NCBI GenBank assembly: GCA_022425625.1
Contig: JAKMFD010000002.1
Coordinates: 1 to 59,428, forward strand
Source: Crocinitomicaceae bacterium
GTDB taxonomy: Bacteria > Bacteroidota > Bacteroidia > Flavobacteriales_D > Crocinitomicaceae
DNA length: 59,428 nucleotides
Reading direction: 5' to 3'
Notes under the pieces: model-generated
Told to the model about the DNA's origin: nothing
Database searches by the model: none
The model's input: the letters and a program-made list of their open reading frames with translations, nothing else
In this document: in pieces, positions 16,871-27,109 of the stretch
Numbering within the stretch: the first letter of the stretch is position 1
How the letters are laid out: the number at the start of each line of letters is the position of its first letter
Program-made: the position numbers and the translations under genes

Positions 16871-17578
16871 GGCAAATAAATCTTTCACACCTAAGGTTCT
16901 ATTGATTGTGAAACCTTCCCCATATGTTACGCCGAGTTCTCTTCCTAGGCTGAGCATTCTACCTTCTAAATATTTAAAAAAAGTTTCTCCTGAAATAGGT
17001 GTTTTAGGTTCTTTAGAATTGACATTAAAAAACTGGCTGTCAAAGCATTTAATCAGTTCAATCTTGTCTTCACCAGTTGTGCTAACATCTAAAATAACAT
17101 CTGGGTTAAGGTAAAAATCTTGAATATAATGAAGCAGGATTTTTGGTCGGTAAGCCTCTTGAGTATTACCATTTAAGGAAGTTTCTATTTTTCGGAGACC
17201 AGAAAGAAACACTGCTTCTGAAACAAGATTAGCCCCTTTTGCATGATCAGGATGTCGGTCATGAATGGAGTTTGCTAAAACCATTTCTGGTTGATACTTT
17301 CGAATACATTCGATTATTTTTATTTTGTTTTCATTTGAGTCTTGAATGAAACCGTCTCCCATATTCAGGTTTTCACGCATCTGCAGCCCAATGAACTTCG
17401 AGGCCTTGGCAGCCTCCTCATATCTTTTTTCAACAGAGCCACGTGTACCTAATTCACCCTCTGTTAGATCAATTATTCCTATTTTTTTCCCCTCTCGAGC
17501 GTATTTTAAAAGAGTAGCACCGGCAGAGATTTCCACATCATCAGGGTGTGCGCCAAAAGCAAGAATATCTAATTTCAT
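16862..17578 (-). CDS. bshB1: PIG-L/LmbE-family deacetylase, bacillithiol biosynthesis BshB1-type.
   Basis: The N-terminal signature is MKLDILAFGAHPDDVEISAGATL, with HPDH further downstream. Its start codon abuts the gcvP stop (TAAATG). Confidence 0.75.
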   Translation of the reverse strand: MKLDILAFGAHPDDVEISAGATLLKYAREGKKIGIIDLTEGELGTRGSVEKRYEEAAKASKFIGLQMRENLNMGDGFIQDSNENKIKIIECIRKYQPEMVLANSIHDRHPDHAKGANLVSEAVFLSGLRKIETSLNGNTQEAYRPKILLHYIQDFYLNPDVILDVSTTGEDKIELIKCFDSQFFNVNSKEPKTPISGETFFKYLEGRMLSLGRELGVTYGEGFTINRTLGVKDLFALK

Positions 17579-20434
17579 TTAGTCTATATGTACATAACTT
17601 TCAACGCTTGGACAAGCACATATTAAATTACGGTCACCAAACGCGTTATCCACACGTCGCACAGGAACCCAATATTTATTTTCTATTAAATAGGGCAGCG
17701 GGTAAGCTGCTTCTTGAGGGGAGTATGGGTAGTTCCAGTTTTTATTAATGATACAATTTGCCGTATGCGGTGCATTTCGTAAAAGATTATTTTCTTTGTC
17801 TGAATGACCATTTTCGATTTCCTTTATTTCTTCACGGATTTTAATCATGGCTTCAATAAAGCGATTTAGCTCATCTAGATCCTCCGATTCAGTTGGTTCT
17901 ATCATCAAGGTTCCTGCAACAGGAAAAGACACAGTTGGCGCATGAAAACCAAAATCAATCAAACGTTTTGCAATATCTGCAACTTCAATATCTGCTGTTT
18001 TTTTAAATGCTCGGCAATCTAGAATCATTTCGTGTGCTACCGTTCCATTTTTTCCTTTGTATAGGATAGGGTAGTGGTTCTCTAGTCTTTTTGCAATATA
18101 ATTTGCATTGAGAATCGCTATCTCAGTGGATTCCGTTAATCCTTTGGCTCCGAGCATTTTTATGTATGCATATGAAATCAAAAGAATAAGCGCGCTACCA
18201 TAAGGTGTTGCAGAGATTGCATTAATTGCCTGTGAACCCCCTGAAGGAATTAAAACGCTACCAGGAAGGAATGGTTTTAAGTGTGCAGCAACGCCAATTG
18301 GCCCCATTCCTGGACCGCCGCCACCATGAGGAATGGCAAAAGTTTTATGAAGATTAAGATGACAAACATCAGCGCCTATATTACCAGGGTTAGTAACCCC
18401 AACTTGTGCATTCATATTTGCACCATCCATATATACTTGACCTCCATTGTCATGAATGATTCCTGTAATTTCTTTAATAGCCTCTTCAAAAACCCCATGT
18501 GTAGATGGATATGTAACCATCAAACCTCCTAAGATGTCTTTATTTTCTTCTGCTACTTTTTTGAGCTCATCTATATTTATGTTACCGTTTTCATCGCAGC
18601 TCGTCACCACTACTTTAAAACCGGCCATCACTGCTGAGGCTGGATTTGTACCGTGTGCAGATGAAGGGATAATCATTATTTTTCTTTTTAGGTCTCCTCT
18701 TGATTCGTGGTAGGCACGAATAACCATAAGTCCCGCATACTCGCCTTGAGCTCCAGAATTTGGCTGTAGAGACATTCCGGCAAACCCGGTACATTCGCAA
18801 AGTGCATCACTCAGCTCTTTGAACATATCATGATAACCTTGAGCTTGATTCAATGGTGCAAATGGATGAAGATTACTAAACGCAGGATTTGTAATTGGCA
18901 TCAACTCACTTGCTGCATTCAATTTCATGGTACAAGAACCGAGAGGTATCATACTATGAACTAATGAAAGGTCTTTATTCTCCAATCGCTTGAGATAGCG
19001 CATCATTTTAGATTCAGAATGATAGCTATTAAAAATAGGTTGAGACAGTATTGAGTCCGTTCGTTTAAGCTCCATAGCAAGAGCAATCATTTCATCATGA
19101 TTACTAGCATCTTTTTTTCCTATGAGCTCGGAGAAAAGCCCTAGAATAATATTTACATCTTCGGAGTTATGGGATTCGGCAAAACTTATGGTTACCTCAG
19201 TGTCTGATTTGTAGTAGAAGTTAAAATGATGTTTTTCAGCTAGAGCCTTTAGCTTTTTACTTTCGATATTACGAATCCAAACGGTGTCAAAAAACGTTTC
19301 AGATCCCAATTCAAAGTCCATTTTCTTTAAACCTGCTGCAAGTTGTCCTGCTAATTTGTTCACATGGTTGGCAATTCCCTTGATACCGCTCGGCCCATGG
19401 TATACTGCGTACATGCTCGCCATTACGGCAAGTAGCGCTTGTGCAGTACAAATATTTGATGTGGCTTTACCTCTTTTAATGTGTTGCTCTCTGGTTTGTA
19501 ATGCCATTCTGAGTGCCGTGTTATTATCTGCATCCTTCGATATTCCAATGATACGTCCAGGTATATTTCTTTTAAACGATTCTCGAGTAGCAAAATATGC
19601 AGCATGTGGTCCTCCATATCCCATAGGAACACCAAACCTTTGGGATGATCCTAGTACAACATCAGCCCCATAATGACCTGGTGCCTTTAACACGGCAAGA
19701 CTTAATATATCTGCTGCAACAGCTACTTGAAGGTTGGCTTCTTTAAGCTTGTGAATTCTTGATTCTAGGTCACAGATATGGCCATTTGCATCTGGGTATT
19801 GAATTAACGCTCCGAAAAATGAATCGTCTACATTGTATGCTTCAATATTAGAAATAATCAATTCTATCCCTAGATTTTTAGACCTTCCTTTAACTACATC
19901 AATGGTTTGGGGAAGTGCATTTTCATCTATTAAGAATTTTAATTTACCCGCTTTTACATCTGCTCTCGAGCGACTATTGTAGAACATCAGCATAGCCTCA
20001 GCAGCTGCAGTGGCTTCGTCAAGAAGCGATGCATTCGCTATTTCCATACCCGTTAAATCAAGCACCATTGTCTGAAAGTTCATTAGGGCCTCTAGCCTTC
20101 CTTGTGAAATTTCGGCCTGATATGGAGTATATGCAGTATACCATCCTGGATTTTCGAGAACATTTCTAAGAATCACAGAAGGGGTAATTGTTTCGTGATA
20201 TCCCAATCCAATAAAAGATTTAAAGACTTCATTCTTGGACGCCAAATCTGACATGTGTGCCAAAAAATCATTTTCGCTCATGGCATCAGAGATTCTCAAT
20301 GATTGTTCTAAACGGATCTGTTCTGGAACAGTTTGATGAATCAATTCTTCAATATTGGATACACCAATTGTATGCATCATTTCTTTTTTCTCAGAGGAAG
20401 TGGGGCCAATATGACGGCTCGAAAATGGACTCAT
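17579..20434 (-). CDS. gcvP: Glycine dehydrogenase (decarboxylating), glycine cleavage system P protein.
   Basis: It has full-length similarity to single-chain GcvP (...SRHIGP..., the PLP-lysine region HLNLHKTF). I prefer ATG 20434 (MSPFSSRHIGP) to the TTG at 20461 used by the track. Confidence 0.9.
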   Translation of the reverse strand: MSPFSSRHIGPTSSEKKEMMHTIGVSNIEELIHQTVPEQIRLEQSLRISDAMSENDFLAHMSDLASKNEVFKSFIGLGYHETITPSVILRNVLENPGWYTAYTPYQAEISQGRLEALMNFQTMVLDLTGMEIANASLLDEATAAAEAMLMFYNSRSRADVKAGKLKFLIDENALPQTIDVVKGRSKNLGIELIISNIEAYNVDDSFFGALIQYPDANGHICDLESRIHKLKEANLQVAVAADILSLAVLKAPGHYGADVVLGSSQRFGVPMGYGGPHAAYFATRESFKRNIPGRIIGISKDADNNTALRMALQTREQHIKRGKATSNICTAQALLAVMASMYAVYHGPSGIKGIANHVNKLAGQLAAGLKKMDFELGSETFFDTVWIRNIESKKLKALAEKHHFNFYYKSDTEVTISFAESHNSEDVNIILGLFSELIGKKDASNHDEMIALAMELKRTDSILSQPIFNSYHSESKMMRYLKRLENKDLSLVHSMIPLGSCTMKLNAASELMPITNPAFSNLHPFAPLNQAQGYHDMFKELSDALCECTGFAGMSLQPNSGAQGEYAGLMVIRAYHESRGDLKRKIMIIPSSAHGTNPASAVMAGFKVVVTSCDENGNINIDELKKVAEENKDILGGLMVTYPSTHGVFEEAIKEITGIIHDNGGQVYMDGANMNAQVGVTNPGNIGADVCHLNLHKTFAIPHGGGGPGMGPIGVAAHLKPFLPGSVLIPSGGSQAINAISATPYGSALILLISYAYIKMLGAKGLTESTEIAILNANYIAKRLENHYPILYKGKNGTVAHEMILDCRAFKKTADIEVADIAKRLIDFGFHAPTVSFPVAGTLMIEPTESEDLDELNRFIEAMIKIREEIKEIENGHSDKENNLLRNAPHTANCIINKNWNYPYSPQEAAYPLPYLIENKYWVPVRRVDNAFGDRNLICACPSVESYVHID

Positions 20435-20458
20435 GAAAATGTGTTTTAAAACTTTTTG

Positions 20459-20466
20459 CAAATATA
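20459..20466 (-). promoter_or_regulatory. Candidate -7 promoter box (TATATTTG on the minus strand) for gcvP.
   Basis: It matches TAnnTTTG exactly, 24 nt upstream of ATG 20434. It overlaps the TTG start used by the track, which argues against that start. Confidence 0.35.
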
Positions 20467-20505
20467 CTTTAACTCACCAAAACAACAATTGGATTTCAAA
20501 AGAGT

Positions 20506-21492
20506 TTAGCGCTTTTCAGAAATTCTATTTTCTTTTTCTATGTGAGCTTTAACACGGATTTTTGCATTGATTTGAATGTCCTTCCAAAACAGGTTTACAT
20601 CTCCAATATGGTAGTCATCGATGGTCAATGCAAAAGAACGAAAGGGAACGTGCGGTAGACTGATCCAAATGGCACCATCTACAAGATTCGTTTTGAAGGC
20701 ATGTTCATACATTTTGTTGTCCCAAAAAAGAAAGCCTTTATGTTGTGCACGGCTTGCAAATTTTTGCGCATTCCATGTCACGGGGTTTATTGCTGCCTTA
20801 CCTTGATACCAATTTTTATATTTTTTTGTTTTATACCTTCTTTTGAATGTATTCCATGTAACAAAGCCACCTATGGCGTCAGGTTTTGACAATAAAGAAA
20901 TGCTTTTGAACTCATCGGTGGCAAGTCCTATTCCAGGCAAATACGCACAGATCAATTGATTTTGGAGCGCTTTACCGTCAAAAAAGTCCTTTAAAAGAAG
21001 CATGCCATGCGTTGAGCCTTGACTATGACCAGCAATGATGATTGGCCTACCGTTATTATAATGTTCTAAATAGAAGCTAAAAGCATCTTTGATATCTTTA
21101 TATGCTTTCAACAATGCTTTTCTACCACCAAATTCAAGTTCAGAGTAGCTTCGTAAATTTGCTTGAGAATAATAAGGAACAAACATCCTACCTGCCTCAG
21201 CCCAAGCAGAGCCTTGGAATTTAGTTACTCTTTTGACTTTTTTACGTTGTTCAGTATCTTCAATTGAGATATTCCATTGCTCATTTTTTTTATCTGTAAA
21301 AACCGTGGGATAAATATAGAATACATCTGCATATGATAGGAGCGAAGAGTCAATGATGTACTCAGCGTGAAGATTGTTTTCTTTACTAGGAAGTATTACC
21401 CATGATGAGGTATCTGAATAATCAGCAATTAATTGTGCATTAAATTCAATTTGTTGAATAATAAAAACGAAAACAAGTAGCGCGCGTATCAC
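20506..21492 (-). CDS. Secreted alpha/beta-hydrolase-like protein (DUF3089-like).
   Basis: It has a signal peptide and a GHSQGS nucleophile-elbow motif. Its size and layout recall DUF3089. The start codon is GTG. Confidence 0.55.
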   Translation of the reverse strand: MIRALLVFVFIIQQIEFNAQLIADYSDTSSWVILPSKENNLHAEYIIDSSLLSYADVFYIYPTVFTDKKNEQWNISIEDTEQRKKVKRVTKFQGSAWAEAGRMFVPYYSQANLRSYSELEFGGRKALLKAYKDIKDAFSFYLEHYNNGRPIIIAGHSQGSTHGMLLLKDFFDGKALQNQLICAYLPGIGLATDEFKSISLLSKPDAIGGFVTWNTFKRRYKTKKYKNWYQGKAAINPVTWNAQKFASRAQHKGFLFWDNKMYEHAFKTNLVDGAIWISLPHVPFRSFALTIDDYHIGDVNLFWKDIQINAKIRVKAHIEKENRISEKR

Positions 21493-21525
21493 AAGGAATT
21501 ATTTTTGTGTCAAAACATTAATTTT

Positions 21526-22458
21526 ATGTTGCCCAAAATTATATCATTTACAGCAATACTTTTCGTGTTTAACATTTTTTATGTGTCTGCACAAGAGGTA
21601 GATACGACGAAGTTAGACACGGCCATAGTAGACACGCTGCCCGTAAAGAATTGGAAGCTGAAATCCTTATATTCATTAAATGGAACACAAAGTTCTTTTG
21701 TGAATTGGAATTCAGGAGGAAGAAATAATATTTCATTAAATGCAACCATTCGGGCTAGCGCAAATTTTAATAAAGCGAAATTGAATTGGTCCAACGACCT
21801 CTCACTTGCATTTGGCGGTATCAAATATCTTGATGAATCAGAATTGTTGACATTGCAGAAAACAGACGATATTATTGACCTATCCTCTAAGTTTGGTGTT
21901 CGGGTCTCTGAAAAACATTTAATTAGTCTTAATGTAGGATTTAAAACTCAATTTGCCGATGGTTTTACTTACCCAAATGATTCAATTGCAGTCTCAAAAT
22001 TCATGGCTCCGGGTTATCTTAATTTAGCATTAGGAACTGATTATATTAAAGATGCTAATTTCTCTATTTTCGGATCTCCATTTGCTGCGAAAACAACTTT
22101 TGTGTTAGATGATTCTTTATCTCAAATAGGTGCTTTTGGGGTAGACGAGGGACAACGTATGCGTCATGAATTTGGTGCATTTGTCAAATTGAAATGGAAT
22201 GCAGAAGTGATGAAAAACATAGAAATGAAATCAAAGCTCGAGCTTTTTAGCAATTATCTGAACAATCCTCAAAACATTGATGTAAATGCCGAGCTTGTTT
22301 TTGTCTTTCGGGTAAATTCACTATTCTCGGCTACAGCACAATGGAATTTGGTTTATGACGATGATATTCAAATTCGAGATAGAAATGGAAATGTTGGTCC
22401 CAGGACACAGTTTAAGTCCGTATTGGGAATAGGTCTCTCCTACAAGCTTGAGAATTAG
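21526..22458 (+). CDS. Outer-membrane beta-barrel protein (DUF3078-like).
   Basis: I prefer the internal ATG at 21526, which gives the signal peptide MLPKIISFTAILFVFNIFYVSAQ. The sequence has an alternating beta-strand pattern. The segment NGTQSSFVNWNSGG recalls DUF3078. Confidence 0.55.
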   Translation: MLPKIISFTAILFVFNIFYVSAQEVDTTKLDTAIVDTLPVKNWKLKSLYSLNGTQSSFVNWNSGGRNNISLNATIRASANFNKAKLNWSNDLSLAFGGIKYLDESELLTLQKTDDIIDLSSKFGVRVSEKHLISLNVGFKTQFADGFTYPNDSIAVSKFMAPGYLNLALGTDYIKDANFSIFGSPFAAKTTFVLDDSLSQIGAFGVDEGQRMRHEFGAFVKLKWNAEVMKNIEMKSKLELFSNYLNNPQNIDVNAELVFVFRVNSLFSATAQWNLVYDDDIQIRDRNGNVGPRTQFKSVLGIGLSYKLEN

Positions 22459-22470
22459 ATTACTTCGGAA

Positions 22471-23310
22471 TCAGCTAAAACACCAGGCTAAAATCCTACT
22501 TTTTTTATTGCCGAGTATTAAAGGAATTATTTTCAATGCTCTTGGTTTCGTTTTTTTGATGCTTTTCACCAATGGCTTAAGATGATCCTCATTTGCCACT
22601 AAAGTGGTAAACCAATTAATTTGTTTTTTAAATCTAATACTTTCGGATATCAGTGTTTCAATAAATTGCGACTCACCTCCTGGGTACCATAGCTCATTCG
22701 CTACTCCAGAAAAATTTCTACCCTGTGTTGCTGACTTTATATGATTGGTTTTTCGTCTATTTTGTTTGCTCGCTTCAGCTTCATTCTTGTAAAATGGTGG
22801 ATTGCATACCAGTACATCAAAAGCATCGTTTTCTTCAATAATACCATTTAATATATGGTCCTTATTTTGTTGACTGCGAATGGCAATTGAGTTTAGTTTT
22901 GCATTTTTTTTTATTATTTTTTTTGCATGCTCGATTGACGCTCTTTCTGTTTCACTTCCAGTACATTTCCATTTAAAGTGAGCAGTACCGAGAACGGGGT
23001 AGATTAAACTTGCCCCAGTGCCAATATCTAAAAGCTGAACGTCTTTTTTTTGAAATAGGTCTGCAATATGAAGCAAGTATTCAAGTCTTCCGGGAATAGG
23101 AGGACAAAGGTTTTCTTTTGGTATATCCCAGTCTAAATCGTAATGTGACTTTAACAATGCTTGATTTAAAGCTTTTACTGATGAAGCATTAGAAAAATCA
23201 ATGGTTTTATTCCCATATTTATTTACATAGATTGACTTTTTTAAAGTTGAATTTATTGCGGCTAAAATAGTGAAGTCATATCCATTATTAAAAGGATTTT
23301 TGTCATGCAT
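22471..23310 (-). CDS. rlmF: 23S rRNA (adenine-N6)-methyltransferase, RlmF-like.
   Basis: It has the SAM-binding segment LDIGTGASLIYP and the N6-adenine methyltransferase motif VCNPPFY. Confidence 0.7.
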   Translation of the reverse strand: MHDKNPFNNGYDFTILAAINSTLKKSIYVNKYGNKTIDFSNASSVKALNQALLKSHYDLDWDIPKENLCPPIPGRLEYLLHIADLFQKKDVQLLDIGTGASLIYPVLGTAHFKWKCTGSETERASIEHAKKIIKKNAKLNSIAIRSQQNKDHILNGIIEENDAFDVLVCNPPFYKNEAEASKQNRRKTNHIKSATQGRNFSGVANELWYPGGESQFIETLISESIRFKKQINWFTTLVANEDHLKPLVKSIKKTKPRALKIIPLILGNKKSRILAWCFS

Positions 23311-24040
23311 CCTTTGCTGCTTTTGTCTTCATTTCTTCCTTCTCCATTGCTCTTGCCTCTGTGAGTGCAGATGAAATCATTCCTGAAGGTATAGCGATAA
23401 TACCTAGCCCAATCATGAGGATGATGAATGTAAAGATTCTTCCTCCAATAGTTATGGGAACAATATCTCCATATCCAACTGTGGTTAGTGTCACCACGGA
23501 CCACCAAAGACTCGAAAAAATTGAGGAAAACGCATCCGGTTGCACCCGATTTTCAAAATAATAAATACCCACTGCAGATAAATAGAAAAGAATCAATGAG
23601 ACCACGCTAAACATAATGAGTTCTTGTTTGATCATAATAAAAGCATTTTGAAATCGACGAATTGCTTTGTTATAACGAATAAGTTTTATGATTCTAAATA
23701 AGCGGAGAAACCTCAAAACACGCGCTGATCTTAAATCAAATCCAAGAGCTAAGTAAAAGGGAAGTATTGCTAAAAGGTCAATGATGCCATAAAAGCTAAA
23801 TACAAAACTCACTTTGCTTTTGGCGATATAGAGTCGGATTAAGTATTCTAAAGAAAATATAACAATACATACAAGTTCAAATTTCTCCAAAAAATAAACC
23901 GTGTCAGACTCTAAATCTGGAATAGTCTCAACGGTAAAGGAAGCGATAGATAAGAGAATCAATACTTGAATGAAGTAGTCAAAGTAAAGCCCCGATTTAG
24001 ATTCTCTTGTTTCTACAATTTTATCAATCTTTTCCTTCAT
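23303..24040 (-). CDS. Voltage-gated (Kv-type) potassium channel.
   Basis: The S4-like arginine ladder is RSARVLRFLRLFRIIKLIR. The K+ selectivity filter is TTVGYGD. It overlaps the rlmF start by 8 nt. Confidence 0.8.
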   Translation of the reverse strand: MKEKIDKIVETRESKSGLYFDYFIQVLILLSIASFTVETIPDLESDTVYFLEKFELVCIVIFSLEYLIRLYIAKSKVSFVFSFYGIIDLLAILPFYLALGFDLRSARVLRFLRLFRIIKLIRYNKAIRRFQNAFIMIKQELIMFSVVSLILFYLSAVGIYYFENRVQPDAFSSIFSSLWWSVVTLTTVGYGDIVPITIGGRIFTFIILMIGLGIIAIPSGMISSALTEARAMEKEEMKTKAAKDA

Positions 24041-24146
24041 GTTTCAGTTTAGGACTAAATATAATAAAATGGAACATGCTATTGAACGGATGTTATTATT
24101 TGGATGTTCGATTCTATGATTTCTTATCTTACCATTTTAAATTTTA

Positions 24147-24154
24147 TAAATTTG
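24147..24154 (+). promoter_or_regulatory. Candidate -7 promoter box (TAAATTTG) for the CotH-family gene.
   Basis: It matches TAnnTTTG exactly, 21 nt upstream of ATG 24176. This supports the shorter start. Confidence 0.35.
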
Positions 24155-24175
24155 CGCTCTTATCGAGGCACGCCA

Positions 24176-27109
24176 ATGAAAGCATCTATATATCTACTGT
24201 TTTTGGTTTTGTTATGTTCATGTTCAGATCAACATATCAAGATGAAGAAACACTTACGTGTTAACTGTGGTGGAGAGTCTGTTTCAGGAGACGAATTTAT
24301 TGAGGGGGACGTTCGTCTTTCAAATGCCAATTGTCGAACGCAGCAATACAGTCGCACAGGAGACTTTGCTTTTAAACTCAACAAAGAAAAGCAGTTTGGT
24401 CCTTCCTTGAGGTTGGATTCAATTAAAATGGGGGATGTGATCTATGCCTCAGTTTACCGTAAAAAAGGCCTGTCAAATGGTCATCTTGTTATAGCTGCGT
24501 GTAACGATGGTCAATACGAAAGCAATCAAATTTCACTTGAAGAAAAAGTAGAGTGGGAGCAGGTGAAATGTACGTTTGTAGCAAAAAAAGATTATGATTT
24601 TGTGACCGTCTACCTCTGGAATCCAAATGAAGAAGCTGTTTATTTTGATGACTTAGTTATTGACTGTTACCGTGAAAACGAAAAACCAAAAGTTGTTAAT
24701 GACAAAGATATCCTTAGGATTGAAATTCCACAAAGTGCTTTAGATAGTCTTTCGGATTTCCGAGAAAAAGCTTTGAATCAAGAGGTAATCACTTCAGATC
24801 TTAAGCGTTATTTTAAAGCGTTTGTAATTTTAAATGGAGATAAAGTTCCCGTTTCTCTGAGGTTTAAGGGAGATTGGGTAGATCATCTGGATGGCGAAAA
24901 ATGGTCCTATCGTATCAAATTCAAAGGAGCTAATGCCTATCAAGGTATGAAGAAGTTCTCCATTCAGGATCCTCATACACGTTCTTTTATGATGGAGTGG
25001 CTTGGTCACCGTCTATTTGAGAGGGAAGATATCTTGACCACACGCTATGAATTCAAGGTCGTCTACATAAATGGAGTCAATAGAGGTGTTTATGCACTTG
25101 AAGAGCACTTTGATAAAAGGCTTCTAGAATACAGAAAACGAAGAGAGGGTCCTATTGTAAAGTTTGATGAAAGCGGTGTATGGCAAGGTTATTACGACCA
25201 GCAAAAGTACCAGCAAGGGTTCAAGAAATTCCCCTACTTGGAATCAGCAGAGATCTTACCTTTTAGTAAAAAAAGAACACGTAAAAATCCAGTTCTTTTG
25301 AATCAATTTGTCCTAGCTCAAAGTCACCTATCTCGATTCAGGGCTTTAGATTCAAAACTCGAAGAATATCTTGATGTTGATAAAATGGCGAGATTCATCG
25401 CACTGTGTGATGTTATGAACGCCTCCCATGGATTAATTTGGCACAATCAGAGAAGCTATCTGAATCCAGTTAATGGTGTTCTTGAGCCTGTTGCGTACGA
25501 TTGTTTTTCAGGTAAGCTTTCGATTCATTATGAATTATTGGGTATGGCATCCAGATGGCGCGAGGCAAAAGACTTTACAAGTTTTGATGCACTCTTTTTA
25601 AATAAGACCTTCAATAAATTGTATATTAAATACCTCAACAAGTATTCCTCAAAAGATTACTTTTCGGAAATATTTTTGGCATTGGAAGATGAAATCAACC
25701 ACTATGAGGAACTATTGCAATATGAATATCCATTATATACACTGAATAAAGATTATTTCCTGCTCAATCAGTACAATGTTCAAGAAAAGGTTCTTAAGTA
25801 TGCGTCACTTCCTGAAAATAATCGAAAAATTTACAAAAAAGATCTTTACCGTGACACACCGCAAAATGTAGTTTTTGATGAGGTTTCATTGAAGGTTTAC
25901 ACGATAAAATCAGATTCGCTATCCGGTGTTTTTCAGTTTGAAAACTACTTGCTTTCACCAATAGAGGTTGTAGGGTATTCGACAAAAGCGAATAAAAATC
26001 TTATTTTTCAATTCGATAAAAAATTCTCTTTGGAAGCCTTCGCTAATGAGTCAGTTAAAAAAGAAGTGTCTTTTCCGTTCAGACCTAGAAAGATTTTTTA
26101 TAAAACTAAGATCACAGGGGATTCTTTACTTTCTGTTAAGGTAAGCCCATTCCCCCCAGTTAAATACAAGTCTATAATTGACTTCGAGAACAGTCAATTT
26201 ATCTCAAATAATGATGAAATACGCTTTAAAGCCAATGAGGTTTACATTTTTACGGAAACTATTTTTATTCCAAGAGATAAGAATTTAGTTATCGAAGAAG
26301 GTGTTAAAATTTCCCTGAGTAATGGTGCGCGTTTTGTTGCTTATGGTCAGGTTAAAATGCTGGGCTCAAATAATAAGCCTATTAAAATTGAAGGTAAGGG
26401 AGCAAAAGGGGGCGGTGTTGTGCTTTTTCCAGAGGGAGGCAGCGTTGAAATGAATCATGTAATTTGTAAAAACCTCACAGATGCCAATTCTGAAAGTTGG
26501 ATTCTTACGGGTGGCTTAACCATATATGAAGGAGACGTCAATCTTTTGAATTGTTCATTCCTAAATGCTAGAAGTGAGGATGCTTTGAACCTTATTCGAT
26601 GTGATTTTAAGATTGATGGCATTCTGGTAGATGGTACGTATTCAGACGGTTTTGACGCGGATTTCTGTTCTGGGATCATTATGAACTCAACCATTCGATC
26701 AACAGGGAATGATTGTGTTGACTTCTCGGGGAGCACCATAGATATTGAGGATTGTACGATTATAGACTCTGGTGATAAAGGTATTTCAGGTGGGGAACAT
26801 TCTACAATAAATGTTAGAAACTGTTTTATAACAAATGCCTCTATCGGTATCGCTTCCAAGGATAAATCTATCGTTAATGTCAACAATACTAAACTTGAGT
26901 TTTGTGACTTTGCATTTGCTGCTTATCGTAAAAAGGCTGAGTTTGGTCCGGCAAAAATTCATGTCGAGTCCGCCATGCTGAACAATATTTTAGACCCTTA
27001 TTTAATCGAGAAAGATTCTGAAATAATCCACCTTGGAAAAACCAATGTTGGCAATGAAATATTTGATATTGATTCGATGTATCAGGAGTTTAAAAAGTCG
27101 GGTATTTAG
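24176..27109 (+). CDS. CotH kinase-family lipoprotein with a C-terminal right-handed parallel beta-helix region.
   Basis: I moved the start to 24176 (MKASIYLLFLVLLCSC lipobox). The central region (EKWSYRIKFKG..., ...NQRSYLNP...) resembles CotH. The last ~300 aa have repetitive segments such as GGxxxxN, DGFDADF and GISGGEHS that are typical of the pectin-lyase fold. Confidence 0.65.
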   Translation: MKASIYLLFLVLLCSCSDQHIKMKKHLRVNCGGESVSGDEFIEGDVRLSNANCRTQQYSRTGDFAFKLNKEKQFGPSLRLDSIKMGDVIYASVYRKKGLSNGHLVIAACNDGQYESNQISLEEKVEWEQVKCTFVAKKDYDFVTVYLWNPNEEAVYFDDLVIDCYRENEKPKVVNDKDILRIEIPQSALDSLSDFREKALNQEVITSDLKRYFKAFVILNGDKVPVSLRFKGDWVDHLDGEKWSYRIKFKGANAYQGMKKFSIQDPHTRSFMMEWLGHRLFEREDILTTRYEFKVVYINGVNRGVYALEEHFDKRLLEYRKRREGPIVKFDESGVWQGYYDQQKYQQGFKKFPYLESAEILPFSKKRTRKNPVLLNQFVLAQSHLSRFRALDSKLEEYLDVDKMARFIALCDVMNASHGLIWHNQRSYLNPVNGVLEPVAYDCFSGKLSIHYELLGMASRWREAKDFTSFDALFLNKTFNKLYIKYLNKYSSKDYFSEIFLALEDEINHYEELLQYEYPLYTLNKDYFLLNQYNVQEKVLKYASLPENNRKIYKKDLYRDTPQNVVFDEVSLKVYTIKSDSLSGVFQFENYLLSPIEVVGYSTKANKNLIFQFDKKFSLEAFANESVKKEVSFPFRPRKIFYKTKITGDSLLSVKVSPFPPVKYKSIIDFENSQFISNNDEIRFKANEVYIFTETIFIPRDKNLVIEEGVKISLSNGARFVAYGQVKMLGSNNKPIKIEGKGAKGGGVVLFPEGGSVEMNHVICKNLTDANSESWILTGGLTIYEGDVNLLNCSFLNARSEDALNLIRCDFKIDGILVDGTYSDGFDADFCSGIIMNSTIRSTGNDCVDFSGSTIDIEDCTIIDSGDKGISGGEHSTINVRNCFITNASIGIASKDKSIVNVNNTKLEFCDFAFAAYRKKAEFGPAKIHVESAMLNNILDPYLIEKDSEIIHLGKTNVGNEIFDIDSMYQEFKKSGI

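Noticed and set aside
20435-20505. A possible glycine riboswitch upstream of gcvP.
   Set aside because: The spacer of about 70 nt is too short for even a single glycine aptamer plus expression platform. I saw no conserved aptamer-like helices.
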